From an uncultured Candidatus Saccharibacteria bacterium (GTDB lineage: Bacteria; Patescibacteriota; Minisyncoccia; Phycocordibacterales; UBA918), in NCBI GenBank assembly GCA_964350645.1, contig CAYGJY010000002.1, positions 33,538 to 97,537 of the forward strand: 64,000 nucleotides of DNA. The letters run 5' to 3'. The translations under genes and the position numbers were made by a program. The notes under the pieces were generated by a model, which saw only the letters and a program-made list of their open reading frames with translations, made no database searches and was not told the origin of the DNA. Below, piece after piece: positions 54,287 to 62,774 of the stretch; position 1 is the first letter of the stretch; each line of letters begins with the position of its first letter.

Positions 54287-55213
54287 ATGAAACCATTTAA
54301 AAAAGCCCTCATATACGAATTTGAAGGAGATACTGGCTTAAGTGAGATGGCCAAAGAATATGCTGAAGAAGCGACTATCATCACAGCCTCTGATGACTAT
54401 CAGAATGTGATCACTGCAGCTCACTTCAAAGGAGTGGATTTTTTCTTAGCTGGAGTGTTTGATGATTATAAAAACGAGTACTACGACTTAGGTACACTCA
54501 AATTTGTCTGCATTGACTGGACTGGCACTGACAACATAGATCATCAGTTTTTAGTTAACAATGGCGTCACGTTTATGAATACACGTGGTCAAGCGACTGA
54601 GGGTGTTGCCGAACTAATGCTCAACATGACGTTCAACTTACTCCGTAAAACACCCGAAGCGCTGTCCTATGCCAAAGCTGACGGGGACAGCTTTAATGGC
54701 TTCAAAGGGCATGAACTGGGTTCACGTACTGTCGCTATTAGAGGACTGGGTGATATTGGTCGTCGATATGCAGAAATGTGCAACTTCTTTGGCGCCGAGA
54801 TTAAATACTCATCTCGAACTGAAAAAAATGTCTCTTATGACTTAGTAGATTTCACTGAGTTAACTAATGGTGCCGACATCTTTGCCAATACAACAGATTT
54901 AAACACTGACACTACCAATAGCATCAAAAAAGAACACCTAGAGGGTCTCAATCAAGATGCGATCATATTGAGCCCGGGAATCTTTCAAGCTTTTGTAGCT
55001 GATGATCTGTATGATTTCTTGTGTGAGCGTCCAGATGTAAAATTCTGGTGGGATGCAAATCAATCTGAAGAATGGGTGGCAAACAAAGATAAATTCTTGG
55101 CTTTATCTAATGTATACGTAACCCCTCACACTGGTTTCTTTACACACGAAAACCGCCCACGTGCTCTTAAGCTGGTTAAGGAGAATATTGAAAAATATCT
55201 AGAAAAGAATTAG
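54287..55213 (+). CDS. D-isomer-specific 2-hydroxyacid dehydrogenase family protein
   Basis: NAD-binding VAIRGLGDIGRRYAEM (GxGxxG) and catalytic YVTPHTG. Confidence 0.75.
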   Translation: MKPFKKALIYEFEGDTGLSEMAKEYAEEATIITASDDYQNVITAAHFKGVDFFLAGVFDDYKNEYYDLGTLKFVCIDWTGTDNIDHQFLVNNGVTFMNTRGQATEGVAELMLNMTFNLLRKTPEALSYAKADGDSFNGFKGHELGSRTVAIRGLGDIGRRYAEMCNFFGAEIKYSSRTEKNVSYDLVDFTELTNGADIFANTTDLNTDTTNSIKKEHLEGLNQDAIILSPGIFQAFVADDLYDFLCERPDVKFWWDANQSEEWVANKDKFLALSNVYVTPHTGFFTHENRPRALKLVKENIEKYLEKN

Positions 55214-55216
55214 TTG

Positions 55217-55289
55217 TCCGCCCTCAAGGACTTGAACCTTGGACCATCTCCTTAAAAGGGAGCTGCTCTACCAACTGAGCTAAGGGCGG
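55217..55289 (-). tRNA. tRNA-Lys (anticodon TTT). No CCA encoded
   Basis: Reverse complement gives acceptor CCGCCCT/AGGGCGG; D-arm GCTCAGTTGGTAGAGC; anticodon loop CTTTTAA; T-loop TTCAAGT. Confidence 0.8.
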
Positions 55290-55313
55290 ATTTATGTCGG
55301 GAACTATATCATA

Positions 55314-56090
55314 TTGAATAAAAAAATCGAGATCTGCTATAGTGATGCACTAATGAGTCACTTCCCTCCTAACATTGTTAGTGCCACTTCAACCATCGCT
55401 GACGGTAACATGTCATTTCTCTGTGACGAACAACCAAGCGTGATCAAAAACCGTGGTCAGTTTTTAGCACAACATTGTGTACCTTTCGCACAGCATGTCT
55501 GCATGGCGTGTAATAACGGCCAAACCATTCTCGCAGTCACCAGCAACACACCAGGGGTAGGTGCGGAAGGTCACTCAAAAATGCCGAATGCAGAAGTACT
55601 CGTCACCCGTGAAACGAACTTGGCTCTTATGCTTCTCACTGCTGACTGCATCCCCGCTAGTTTTTATGATCCGGTACAAAAAGTAATTGCGCTGGCCCAT
55701 CTCAATCGCCACACCGTCGCTTTCAATCTTGCCCAAAAGACTGTCGCGTACCTGCAACAACACTATCAGTCACAGTCAACTGATCTCTTGGTGTACTTTG
55801 GACCGCATATCCAAGTCGATTCGTACCAGTTCCCACTACCCTTAGATACCCCTCCTGCAGCACAATTAGCTGACTTCGTCATGAAACAGAACGACCAGGT
55901 AAAAATTGACCTCCAAGGTGCTTTCAAACATCAGCTCATCAAAGCTGGCGTACCTAAAACAAATATTACTGTTTCAGCATCAGACACCGGACAATCCGAT
56001 CGCTACTTTTCTCATTACCGCAGTACGAGAAATTCGGACCATCCCGCTGGCCGAATGGCTACAATTCTCATGATGCACGATCCTGCATAA
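55314..56090 (+). CDS. YfiH/PgeF (DUF152, purine nucleoside phosphorylase LACC1 family)
   Basis: LTADCIPASF and ALAHLNRHT motifs. Confidence 0.8.
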   Translation: MNKKIEICYSDALMSHFPPNIVSATSTIADGNMSFLCDEQPSVIKNRGQFLAQHCVPFAQHVCMACNNGQTILAVTSNTPGVGAEGHSKMPNAEVLVTRETNLALMLLTADCIPASFYDPVQKVIALAHLNRHTVAFNLAQKTVAYLQQHYQSQSTDLLVYFGPHIQVDSYQFPLPLDTPPAAQLADFVMKQNDQVKIDLQGAFKHQLIKAGVPKTNITVSASDTGQSDRYFSHYRSTRNSDHPAGRMATILMMHDPA

Positions 56091-56766
56091 GGTGACGAAA
56101 AATATTCCCTACCACTCCAATTAATACACCGAACAAAATCAGACCAACCATACGAGTAAATACATATAAAACCTGCCCTACCGCGGTAGCTGGTTCAACA
56201 ACTTCGATACTGCCGAGGAACACCCGCAGTGACCACCACATGGCAGCGGGAATACTTAAAAATGTTTCGTTGCCACCCTCAAACACATAGAGTAGTGTCC
56301 CAGAAGTCAGAAGAGCAATACCCAGCAGTACTATATAGATCAAAATATTAAAAGAGTAGACACCGAGATTATCGTCGAGGCTGCTCACCTTCCCGAGCTT
56401 AGCGAGTCGTAGAATTCGCAATAGACGAATTATGCGTAAAGCCCGGACAGACTTGAGGAAGGTAAAATTTCCTAGGCCAATCACTGTAGGCAAAATAGCA
56501 ATGAGATCAATTAATCCATAGAAGCTAAAGATATAGCCCCGTTTTTTCTTTGCAACATACAGGCGAGAAAGATACTCAGTAGTAAAAATAAAAACGGCAC
56601 ACAACTCAATTACAACAAACCACTTCTGATACGCAGTGAGACTCGGCATAGTCTCCATAAGCAAACTGATGATTGAAACAATCGTTACTACCGCCAAGAT
56701 ATCTGCAACCAAAAAATAGTGTGGGTCTTTGGGGTCTTCCAAGATTCGTCTGAGTTTTAGTTTCAT
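56068..56766 (-). CDS. voltage-gated-type ion channel (ion_trans family) with an S4 Arg ladder and a non-canonical pore
   Basis: S4 RALRIIRLLRILRLAKL. Pore region ETFLSIPAAMWWSLRVF lacks both the K+ filter TVGYG and the NaChBac filter TLESW. Confidence 0.7.
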   Translation of the reverse strand: MKLKLRRILEDPKDPHYFLVADILAVVTIVSIISLLMETMPSLTAYQKWFVVIELCAVFIFTTEYLSRLYVAKKKRGYIFSFYGLIDLIAILPTVIGLGNFTFLKSVRALRIIRLLRILRLAKLGKVSSLDDNLGVYSFNILIYIVLLGIALLTSGTLLYVFEGGNETFLSIPAAMWWSLRVFLGSIEVVEPATAVGQVLYVFTRMVGLILFGVLIGVVGNIFRHLMQDRAS

Positions 56767-56784
56767 ACCAAAAGTATAACAGTC

Positions 56785-58539
56785 CTACTCGCCAATAAAG
56801 CCCCCAACCTGACTGTCCCACAACTCGGCATATTGTCCTTTCTGAGCAAGTAATTCTTTATGCGTACCATCCTCAACAATCTCACCGTTTTCAAACACAA
56901 TAATGCGATCCATACGTTGAATCGTCGACAGACGGTGTGCAATCACGATCGCTGTTTTCCCTTCTACTAGTTTCCAGAGTGCGTCCTGAATCTTTTCTTC
57001 CGCAACTGAGTCAAGGGCTGACGTCGCTTCGTCGAGCATAATGATCGGCGCATCTTTCAGCATAGCGCGCGCAATCGCCACCCGCTGGCGTTCGCCACCT
57101 GAGAGCTTCACCCCGCGCTCTCCTACCAGCGTGTTGTACCCTTGGGGCAACTTCATAATGAATTCATGGGCATGGGCTTTTTTAGCCACTGCTGCAATCT
57201 CTTTTTGAGTAGCACCCGGTTTCCCATATGCGATATTTTCTTTAATACTGCGATGAAACAAGAGTGGCTCTTGGGGCACGTAGGCAATTTTTTTACGCAG
57301 CTCATCTTGCAGTACTTTAGTAATATCTTGGTCATCGATAGCAATTAGACCACTATCGATATCACGAAAGCGCAGTAGTAACTTGGTAATAGTTGTCTTT
57401 CCAGCACCAGAATGTCCTACCAAAGCCACCCGTTGCCCAGCCGGGATACTAAAACCAAGACCAGAAAAAACCTTTGTTTCTGCTCCGTAGGTAAAGTGGA
57501 CATCAGAAAACTCAATTGCACCAGATTTCATCCGCACTGGTTCTGGTCGTTCAGGATCGCGCACACCAGTCTCTTGATCGAGCAGCTCTACCATCTCGTC
57601 AGCGTCAGTTAGAGCTGAAGTCACCCGAACAACATTCTTACTAATCTGCCAGACAACGTTAAAACTCGTGATGGCATAAATCTGCATTAAGACAATCGTG
57701 CCAGCGGTGATAGATCCACTTAGCCACAACCACACAGAAACAGCCATAAAAATCCAAACGAACAGATCAATATTTATTCCTTGCCAAAGCCCATTCCAAA
57801 ACCCTTCCTGCATCCAGGCAGTACGGCGTTTTTCTTCTTGAAATTTAGTCGTTTTTCTAAATTGTTTTTCTTCCCACACTCGTGAGCCAAACATTTTTAC
57901 CGTAAAGAAATTAGAAATAATATCCGAGTAGTGGCCAGTGACTTTGGTGTCAGCCGCAGCGTTTGCAAGACTCTTAGGAATCTGATATCGGATCAGGATT
58001 GCCACCATCCCAATATAGGTCACCAACCACCCGAAAAATAACCAGCCGAGCCATGTTTCGACGTAAAACAAAACTGCTAAAGAAGAGCCCAGACTAATAA
58101 ATCCAAACCATAAAGAATACACAAACTGATCATGCAAGGTTTCAAATGAAGATACAAATCGTTTAGTTTTAGCAATTAGGCTGCCGGTAAACGTGTTGGT
58201 AAAAAAGGTGTATGAATGGTTTTGTAGTTTCTCGAGGGCATAATTACTTAACTCTTCTTCGATCTTCGACTGTGATTTAATAATAAAATAATCACCAATT
58301 CGGAACACAAGGTTCATAAAAATAAATGCCCCAGCCAAGTACAGTATCAACGTCCACAATTGATCCGCTGCATCTACTGGAGCAGTAGCAGTCACATCAA
58401 TAATTCCTTTATAGATTAAAGAAACAACCGCAATATCTACAATCTTACCGAGTGCATACGCCAGCAAGATCCAGATCTGGGCCCATTTGTACTTAACAAT
58501 AAATTGCCAGTAATGTCTGAAGATGGAGCGGTAATTCAT
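56785..58539 (-). CDS. ABC transporter, fused permease/ATPase (MsbA/multidrug-exporter type)
   Basis: Six TM helices, then Walker A GHSGAGKTT, signature LSGGERQR and Walker B IIMLDEATS. Confidence 0.9.
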   Translation of the reverse strand: MNYRSIFRHYWQFIVKYKWAQIWILLAYALGKIVDIAVVSLIYKGIIDVTATAPVDAADQLWTLILYLAGAFIFMNLVFRIGDYFIIKSQSKIEEELSNYALEKLQNHSYTFFTNTFTGSLIAKTKRFVSSFETLHDQFVYSLWFGFISLGSSLAVLFYVETWLGWLFFGWLVTYIGMVAILIRYQIPKSLANAAADTKVTGHYSDIISNFFTVKMFGSRVWEEKQFRKTTKFQEEKRRTAWMQEGFWNGLWQGINIDLFVWIFMAVSVWLWLSGSITAGTIVLMQIYAITSFNVVWQISKNVVRVTSALTDADEMVELLDQETGVRDPERPEPVRMKSGAIEFSDVHFTYGAETKVFSGLGFSIPAGQRVALVGHSGAGKTTITKLLLRFRDIDSGLIAIDDQDITKVLQDELRKKIAYVPQEPLLFHRSIKENIAYGKPGATQKEIAAVAKKAHAHEFIMKLPQGYNTLVGERGVKLSGGERQRVAIARAMLKDAPIIMLDEATSALDSVAEEKIQDALWKLVEGKTAIVIAHRLSTIQRMDRIIVFENGEIVEDGTHKELLAQKGQYAELWDSQVGGFIGE

Positions 58540-58560
58540 TACTGATTAGAATATCATATG

Positions 58561-58597
58561 AAAAGGTGGACGGGGCCAAAGGCCCCGTCCACCTTTT
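58561..58597. terminator. bidirectional terminator (AAAAGGTGGACGGGGCC-AAA-GGCCCCGTCCACCTTTT)
   Basis: Perfect 17-bp stem. Confidence 0.75.
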
Positions 58598-58603
58598 CTG
58601 CTT

Positions 58604-59308
58604 CTACCGTAACGTTAAACACCACTTCTCCAACGCCAAATCAATATCAACCACTCCCCCATGGCCGTCGTGGTAGGCGGTGAGCAAGCTGCGAGATAGA
58701 TGTTCGAGTTCGCCGTCTTTAAAGGTGCTGAGTGAGCGCTTGGCTTTATTGTAGGGAAAATCTTTCATACCCGCTTCAGCCGCATTCTTCGTACTAGCAG
58801 CGAGTCGCAGACTTTTGAGCTGCCACCATAGTACCCCGATAATTTCTTCGGCAGACTGACCAGCCGCTTTAGCGTCTTGCAACAAAAGCCACAGGGTTTT
58901 CTTGTCTTTCTTCGCCAGCGCATCAGCCATCGCAAACGTATTAAATCGTTCTCCAGCAACCGCCTTACACTCCTCCATCTCACTCGCATATTTTGCCCAG
59001 CGTTTTTTATCAGCTGCGAGAAGCGCCCCCTCAATCACCACAAACTGATTGACCGATTCTTTCATAGCTGTCAAACAACTTTCAACCTCAGTCGCGAATT
59101 CACTTTTGTTACTTGGGGTATCAATCAGATACAGACTCTGGCCGCCAAAGAGTGACGCGGCCCCAACCGCATCACTCAACATTCCAGGAGCAAAACTTTC
59201 AGCATCAATCGCCACCACGTCAGTATCAGCTGCCTGAAGTTCTGCCAATTTCTTAAACGCTGTCTGACGGACTGCAATGGTGTCGGTACCGTAAAAAAGA
59301 CTGATCAT
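58604..59308 (-). CDS. DNA polymerase III delta subunit-like (HolA), short form
   Basis: LFYGTD...LYLIDTP N-terminus and C-terminal helical domain. Immediately downstream of polA. Confidence 0.5.
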   Translation of the reverse strand: MISLFYGTDTIAVRQTAFKKLAELQAADTDVVAIDAESFAPGMLSDAVGAASLFGGQSLYLIDTPSNKSEFATEVESCLTAMKESVNQFVVIEGALLAADKKRWAKYASEMEECKAVAGERFNTFAMADALAKKDKKTLWLLLQDAKAAGQSAEEIIGVLWWQLKSLRLAASTKNAAEAGMKDFPYNKAKRSLSTFKDGELEHLSRSLLTAYHDGHGGVVDIDLALEKWCLTLR

Positions 59309-59309
59309 A

Positions 59310-61751
59310 CTATGCCTGCCACGAGCTTAATTTCAACCAGTTGTCCCCGACTGATACATCAACCTTAATCGGCACGCCGTGAGTTTCTTGCCCAGCCATT
59401 ACACCTTCCATGAGCGTAACAATCTTCGGAATGTGTTTTTTGAGTTCCGTTTCTTTAATCTCAAACACGAGTTCATCGTGTACTTGGAGCAAAACACGCA
59501 CGTCATCTTTTTGCTGCTTAGCATACTTATGTACCTCGATCATTCCGATCCGCATGATGTCAGCGGCTGTTCCTTGTACCGGCGCATTGATCGCCATGCG
59601 TTCAGCAGCTGCGCGAATAAACGGTGCCCCGGACTGAATTCCCGGGAAATGTCGCTTCCGACCAAAGAGAGTTTTGGTGTAGCCATGAGTGCGCGCAAAG
59701 GCTTTGGTTTCTTCGAGATACTCAGCTAGACGAGTAAAGGTATTGAAGTAGGCATTTAAAAATTCTTGCGCTTCTTCGCGACTAGTCCCCTCACCTAAGT
59801 TACCCCGCAAAGCATTCACACCCATACCATAAAGAATCCCGAAGTTGATAACCTTGGCGTGGCGACGCATATTCTTTGTCACCTCTCCTTCGGGTACGTT
59901 GAACACTTGAGCGGCCACGCCTTGATGTACGTCAGTCCCACGCTTAAAAATATCAATTAGTTTTGAGTCTTCTGATAAGATCGCTGCGATTCGCAGCTCG
60001 ATTTGAGAGTAGTCAATCGCCACCAGCTGATAGCCAGGGGCCGCCACAAAACCTTTGCGAATCGCGCGACCTTCCTCACTACGTACTGGGATGTTTTGTA
60101 AACCCGGATTTTGGCTGGCCATCCGGCCAGTAGCCGCTCCAGTTTGAATAAACGTGGTGCGTAATCGACCGTCATCGCTCACCATCTCGGGCAGATTATC
60201 AATATACGTAGAAAGTAGTTTTTGTAACTCACGGTAGCGCAAAATATCTTTGATGATTGGATGATCATCCACCATCTTCTCGAGCTCACTCTCACGAGTT
60301 GAGCGTTGCCCACCAGCTGTCTTCTTTGCGTTTTTTGGTTTCAATGCAAGCGTATCAAACAATATCTCTCCCATCTGTTTCGGAGAATTAATATTGAACT
60401 CAACCCCGGCATGAGTGTAAATACTTTTTTCTAGTTTAGTGAGTTCCTGATGTAAAGTTTTTGACAAGCTTTTCAAGTAAGTCGTATCCAAGAGGACCCC
60501 CGTCGCATTAATATCCTCAATCACCGCCAGTAGCGGTTCTTCAATCGTCGTAAACAACTCCCACAAATCTTCAGCTTTGAGTTTAGCTTCCAAGGTCTTA
60601 GTGATCTCAGCGAAATCAGTCGTTGAAAAATACGACCGTCCATAATCAACAATGTCATCAAACGACGGATTGGTACGTTCACTTTCATACAGCCACAACA
60701 TCACAGCTGCGCGTCGCAACGCTACGTCACTCACACCACTACTTGCTTGATCAACTGATACTTCTTCGTCGATATCAAGGAGATGCTTCATGCGGGCTGC
60801 GAGGGTGCGGAACCCAAGCTCGCTAAACAAATTTAAAATCATTTCACTATCAAGGTTCTCTCGCCAGGTAGTTTTTGGAAAAGTAAACGTCACCGGAGCA
60901 TCGATGCGAATCGTAGCAAGCATCTTGGAGAACTCAGCCTCTTCTTTATTGTCACGGAGCAAATTCACAATCCGCGGCTTGATCCCTGCAGCGGCAAATT
61001 TCTCATCAGCACTTTTCTTTTCCAGCGCAGCGTAGATTTTTTCTAAACTACCAAAGTTGGTAATGAGTTCGGTTGCAGTCTTCTCTCCAATACCAACAAT
61101 CCCCGGGATGTTGTCTGAAGTATCGCCACGTAAACCTTTATAATCAGGTACCAATTTTGGACCGAACCCGAAGCGTTCTTTCACAGTCGCTTCATCATAC
61201 ATAATGGTATCTTTGATGCCCTTCCGGAGCGTATAGACTTGCACACGTTTTTTGTCGACACATTGCAGGGTGTCCATATCCCCCGAGGCGATGACGACGT
61301 TAGTGCCTGATTCATCTTTAAGTTGATAGGCAATCGTGCCAAGCATGTCATCAGCTTCAAAACCAGGATATTCATAAATCGGAATCCCTAACGCAGCAAA
61401 GATGTCTCGTGAGCGGTTGATCTGCTGCACCAATGAGTCGTCGGTTTTACTACGACCAGCTTTGTAGTCTGCGAAGGCGTCGTGGCGATAGGTTGGTTCG
61501 GGAAGGTCAAAGCAGGCAATCACATACTCCGGCTTCAACTCCTCGACAATCTTAAGCAGCATCGCCACGACGCCATACAACGCTCCAGTTGGTTCACCAC
61601 TTGGTGAAGAGAAATCGGGCAAAGCATGGTAGGCGCGATGCAAAATCGCGTGGGCATCGAGGAGTACGACGGTTTTTTTCTCAGTAGTTTTTTTAGTTGC
61701 TTTAGTTGCTTTAGGCATAACGTAATGTAATAGTCCGAGTTTCCCCAACAA
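59310..61751 (-). CDS. polA: DNA polymerase I (5'-3' exonuclease + polymerase domains)
   Basis: 5' nuclease LLDAHAILHRAYHA; polymerase motifs RRHAKVINFGILYGMG and LLQVHDELVFE. Confidence 0.9.
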   Translation of the reverse strand: MLGKLGLLHYVMPKATKATKKTTEKKTVVLLDAHAILHRAYHALPDFSSPSGEPTGALYGVVAMLLKIVEELKPEYVIACFDLPEPTYRHDAFADYKAGRSKTDDSLVQQINRSRDIFAALGIPIYEYPGFEADDMLGTIAYQLKDESGTNVVIASGDMDTLQCVDKKRVQVYTLRKGIKDTIMYDEATVKERFGFGPKLVPDYKGLRGDTSDNIPGIVGIGEKTATELITNFGSLEKIYAALEKKSADEKFAAAGIKPRIVNLLRDNKEEAEFSKMLATIRIDAPVTFTFPKTTWRENLDSEMILNLFSELGFRTLAARMKHLLDIDEEVSVDQASSGVSDVALRRAAVMLWLYESERTNPSFDDIVDYGRSYFSTTDFAEITKTLEAKLKAEDLWELFTTIEEPLLAVIEDINATGVLLDTTYLKSLSKTLHQELTKLEKSIYTHAGVEFNINSPKQMGEILFDTLALKPKNAKKTAGGQRSTRESELEKMVDDHPIIKDILRYRELQKLLSTYIDNLPEMVSDDGRLRTTFIQTGAATGRMASQNPGLQNIPVRSEEGRAIRKGFVAAPGYQLVAIDYSQIELRIAAILSEDSKLIDIFKRGTDVHQGVAAQVFNVPEGEVTKNMRRHAKVINFGILYGMGVNALRGNLGEGTSREEAQEFLNAYFNTFTRLAEYLEETKAFARTHGYTKTLFGRKRHFPGIQSGAPFIRAAAERMAINAPVQGTAADIMRIGMIEVHKYAKQQKDDVRVLLQVHDELVFEIKETELKKHIPKIVTLMEGVMAGQETHGVPIKVDVSVGDNWLKLSSWQA

Positions 61752-62157
61752 TTGCCATATCGAGATGCAGCGTAGTTGTCGGCAGCAAGCTCTCTATCCG
61801 CTTTGCCCACTCAATGGCAATCATAACCTCTTTTTCCTGCAGCAGTTCGTCAAACCGCAGTGGTCGCATTTCGTCAACATCTTCAATTCGATACGCATCG
61901 AGGTGAGCGAGCTGAGTAAAACGCTGGTGTTCGGTCTGATACCTTTTCATCACTACAAACGTGGGGCTGACCACCGTATCAGTGACTCCAAGAGTACGGG
62001 CCAAGACTTGCATAAAAGTGGTTTTCCCAGCGCCCAAATCACCGTGCAACGCCAAGACAGCAGCCGCCTCCGGCGGCTGCTCGGCCACCAACTCCACTAC
62101 CCGCTTAGCAACCGGTTCTAGTTCTGCCTCGGTCGAAATTATATGCGTCTCTGTCAT
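61711..62157 (-). CDS. tsaE: tRNA t6A37 biosynthesis ATPase TsaE (YjeE)
   Basis: LHGDLGAGKTTFMQVLARTLGV...VVSPTF motif. Start at MTETHII. Overlaps the polA start. Confidence 0.8.
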   Translation of the reverse strand: MTETHIISTEAELEPVAKRVVELVAEQPPEAAAVLALHGDLGAGKTTFMQVLARTLGVTDTVVSPTFVVMKRYQTEHQRFTQLAHLDAYRIEDVDEMRPLRFDELLQEKEVMIAIEWAKRIESLLPTTTLHLDMAIVGETRTITLRYA

Positions 62158-62267
62158 AAAAAGCATTGTACCGCGAAAAACAAAAAACCGCCCGAAAGCA
62201 AGTTTCAAGCGATTGGTGAGTAAAGAGCGATGGTCATCGCGCGGGCCCGCTGGGCCCGCGCTTTCAT

Positions 62268-62642
62268 TTAGGGACGACGCGGCAAGCAATCGTAATGTTT
62301 CATGCCGAACCCACGATTACCGCGGAAGCGGCACTTCAAGGGGATATCGTCAGCTACCCCTACGCGCGCCATAAAAGCGCCGAAAGACACCTCCCTTGGA
62401 ACGCAAAGAATTGCCTTCTCCCACTTTTTAGGAGCAGGCGCATAGAAGCGCCGGCAGACAAAACCGCCTTCCTCCAAAGAGCTCACCGGTGCTGGATATG
62501 TCTGACCATTGTCATAGAAGACAGCGGTCGACAAATCTAGGTTAGGTGCAGCTCCCGCGGTAATCGGTGGAGCAGAAACACAGCCGGAGAGAACTCCGGC
62601 GAAAAACAGGACCACAATGGCCCGAACAAAATATAGGGTCAT
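62268..62642 (-). CDS. hypothetical lipoprotein
   Basis: Signal peptide with lipobox LSGC. Confidence 0.45.
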   Translation of the reverse strand: MTLYFVRAIVVLFFAGVLSGCVSAPPITAGAAPNLDLSTAVFYDNGQTYPAPVSSLEEGGFVCRRFYAPAPKKWEKAILCVPREVSFGAFMARVGVADDIPLKCRFRGNRGFGMKHYDCLPRRP

Positions 62643-62706
62643 AACAGCCCTCCTTTCTGCTTATTTTATAACATGAAAATTGTATATAGTCAATGTGTGT
62701 GACTTC

Positions 62707-62755
62707 GGGTGGGGGGGGGGGGGGGGGGGGGGGGCCCCCCCCCCCCCCCCCACCC
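62707..62755. repeat. homopolymer palindrome GGGT-G24-C17-ACCC. Probably an assembly/sequencing artefact (poly-G read tails) rather than native sequence
   Basis: Read directly: 24 consecutive G (62711-62734) followed by 17 consecutive C (62735-62751), flanked by GGGT/ACCC. Confidence 0.8.
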
Positions 62756-62774
62756 TGCTACAATAGAGCTATCT

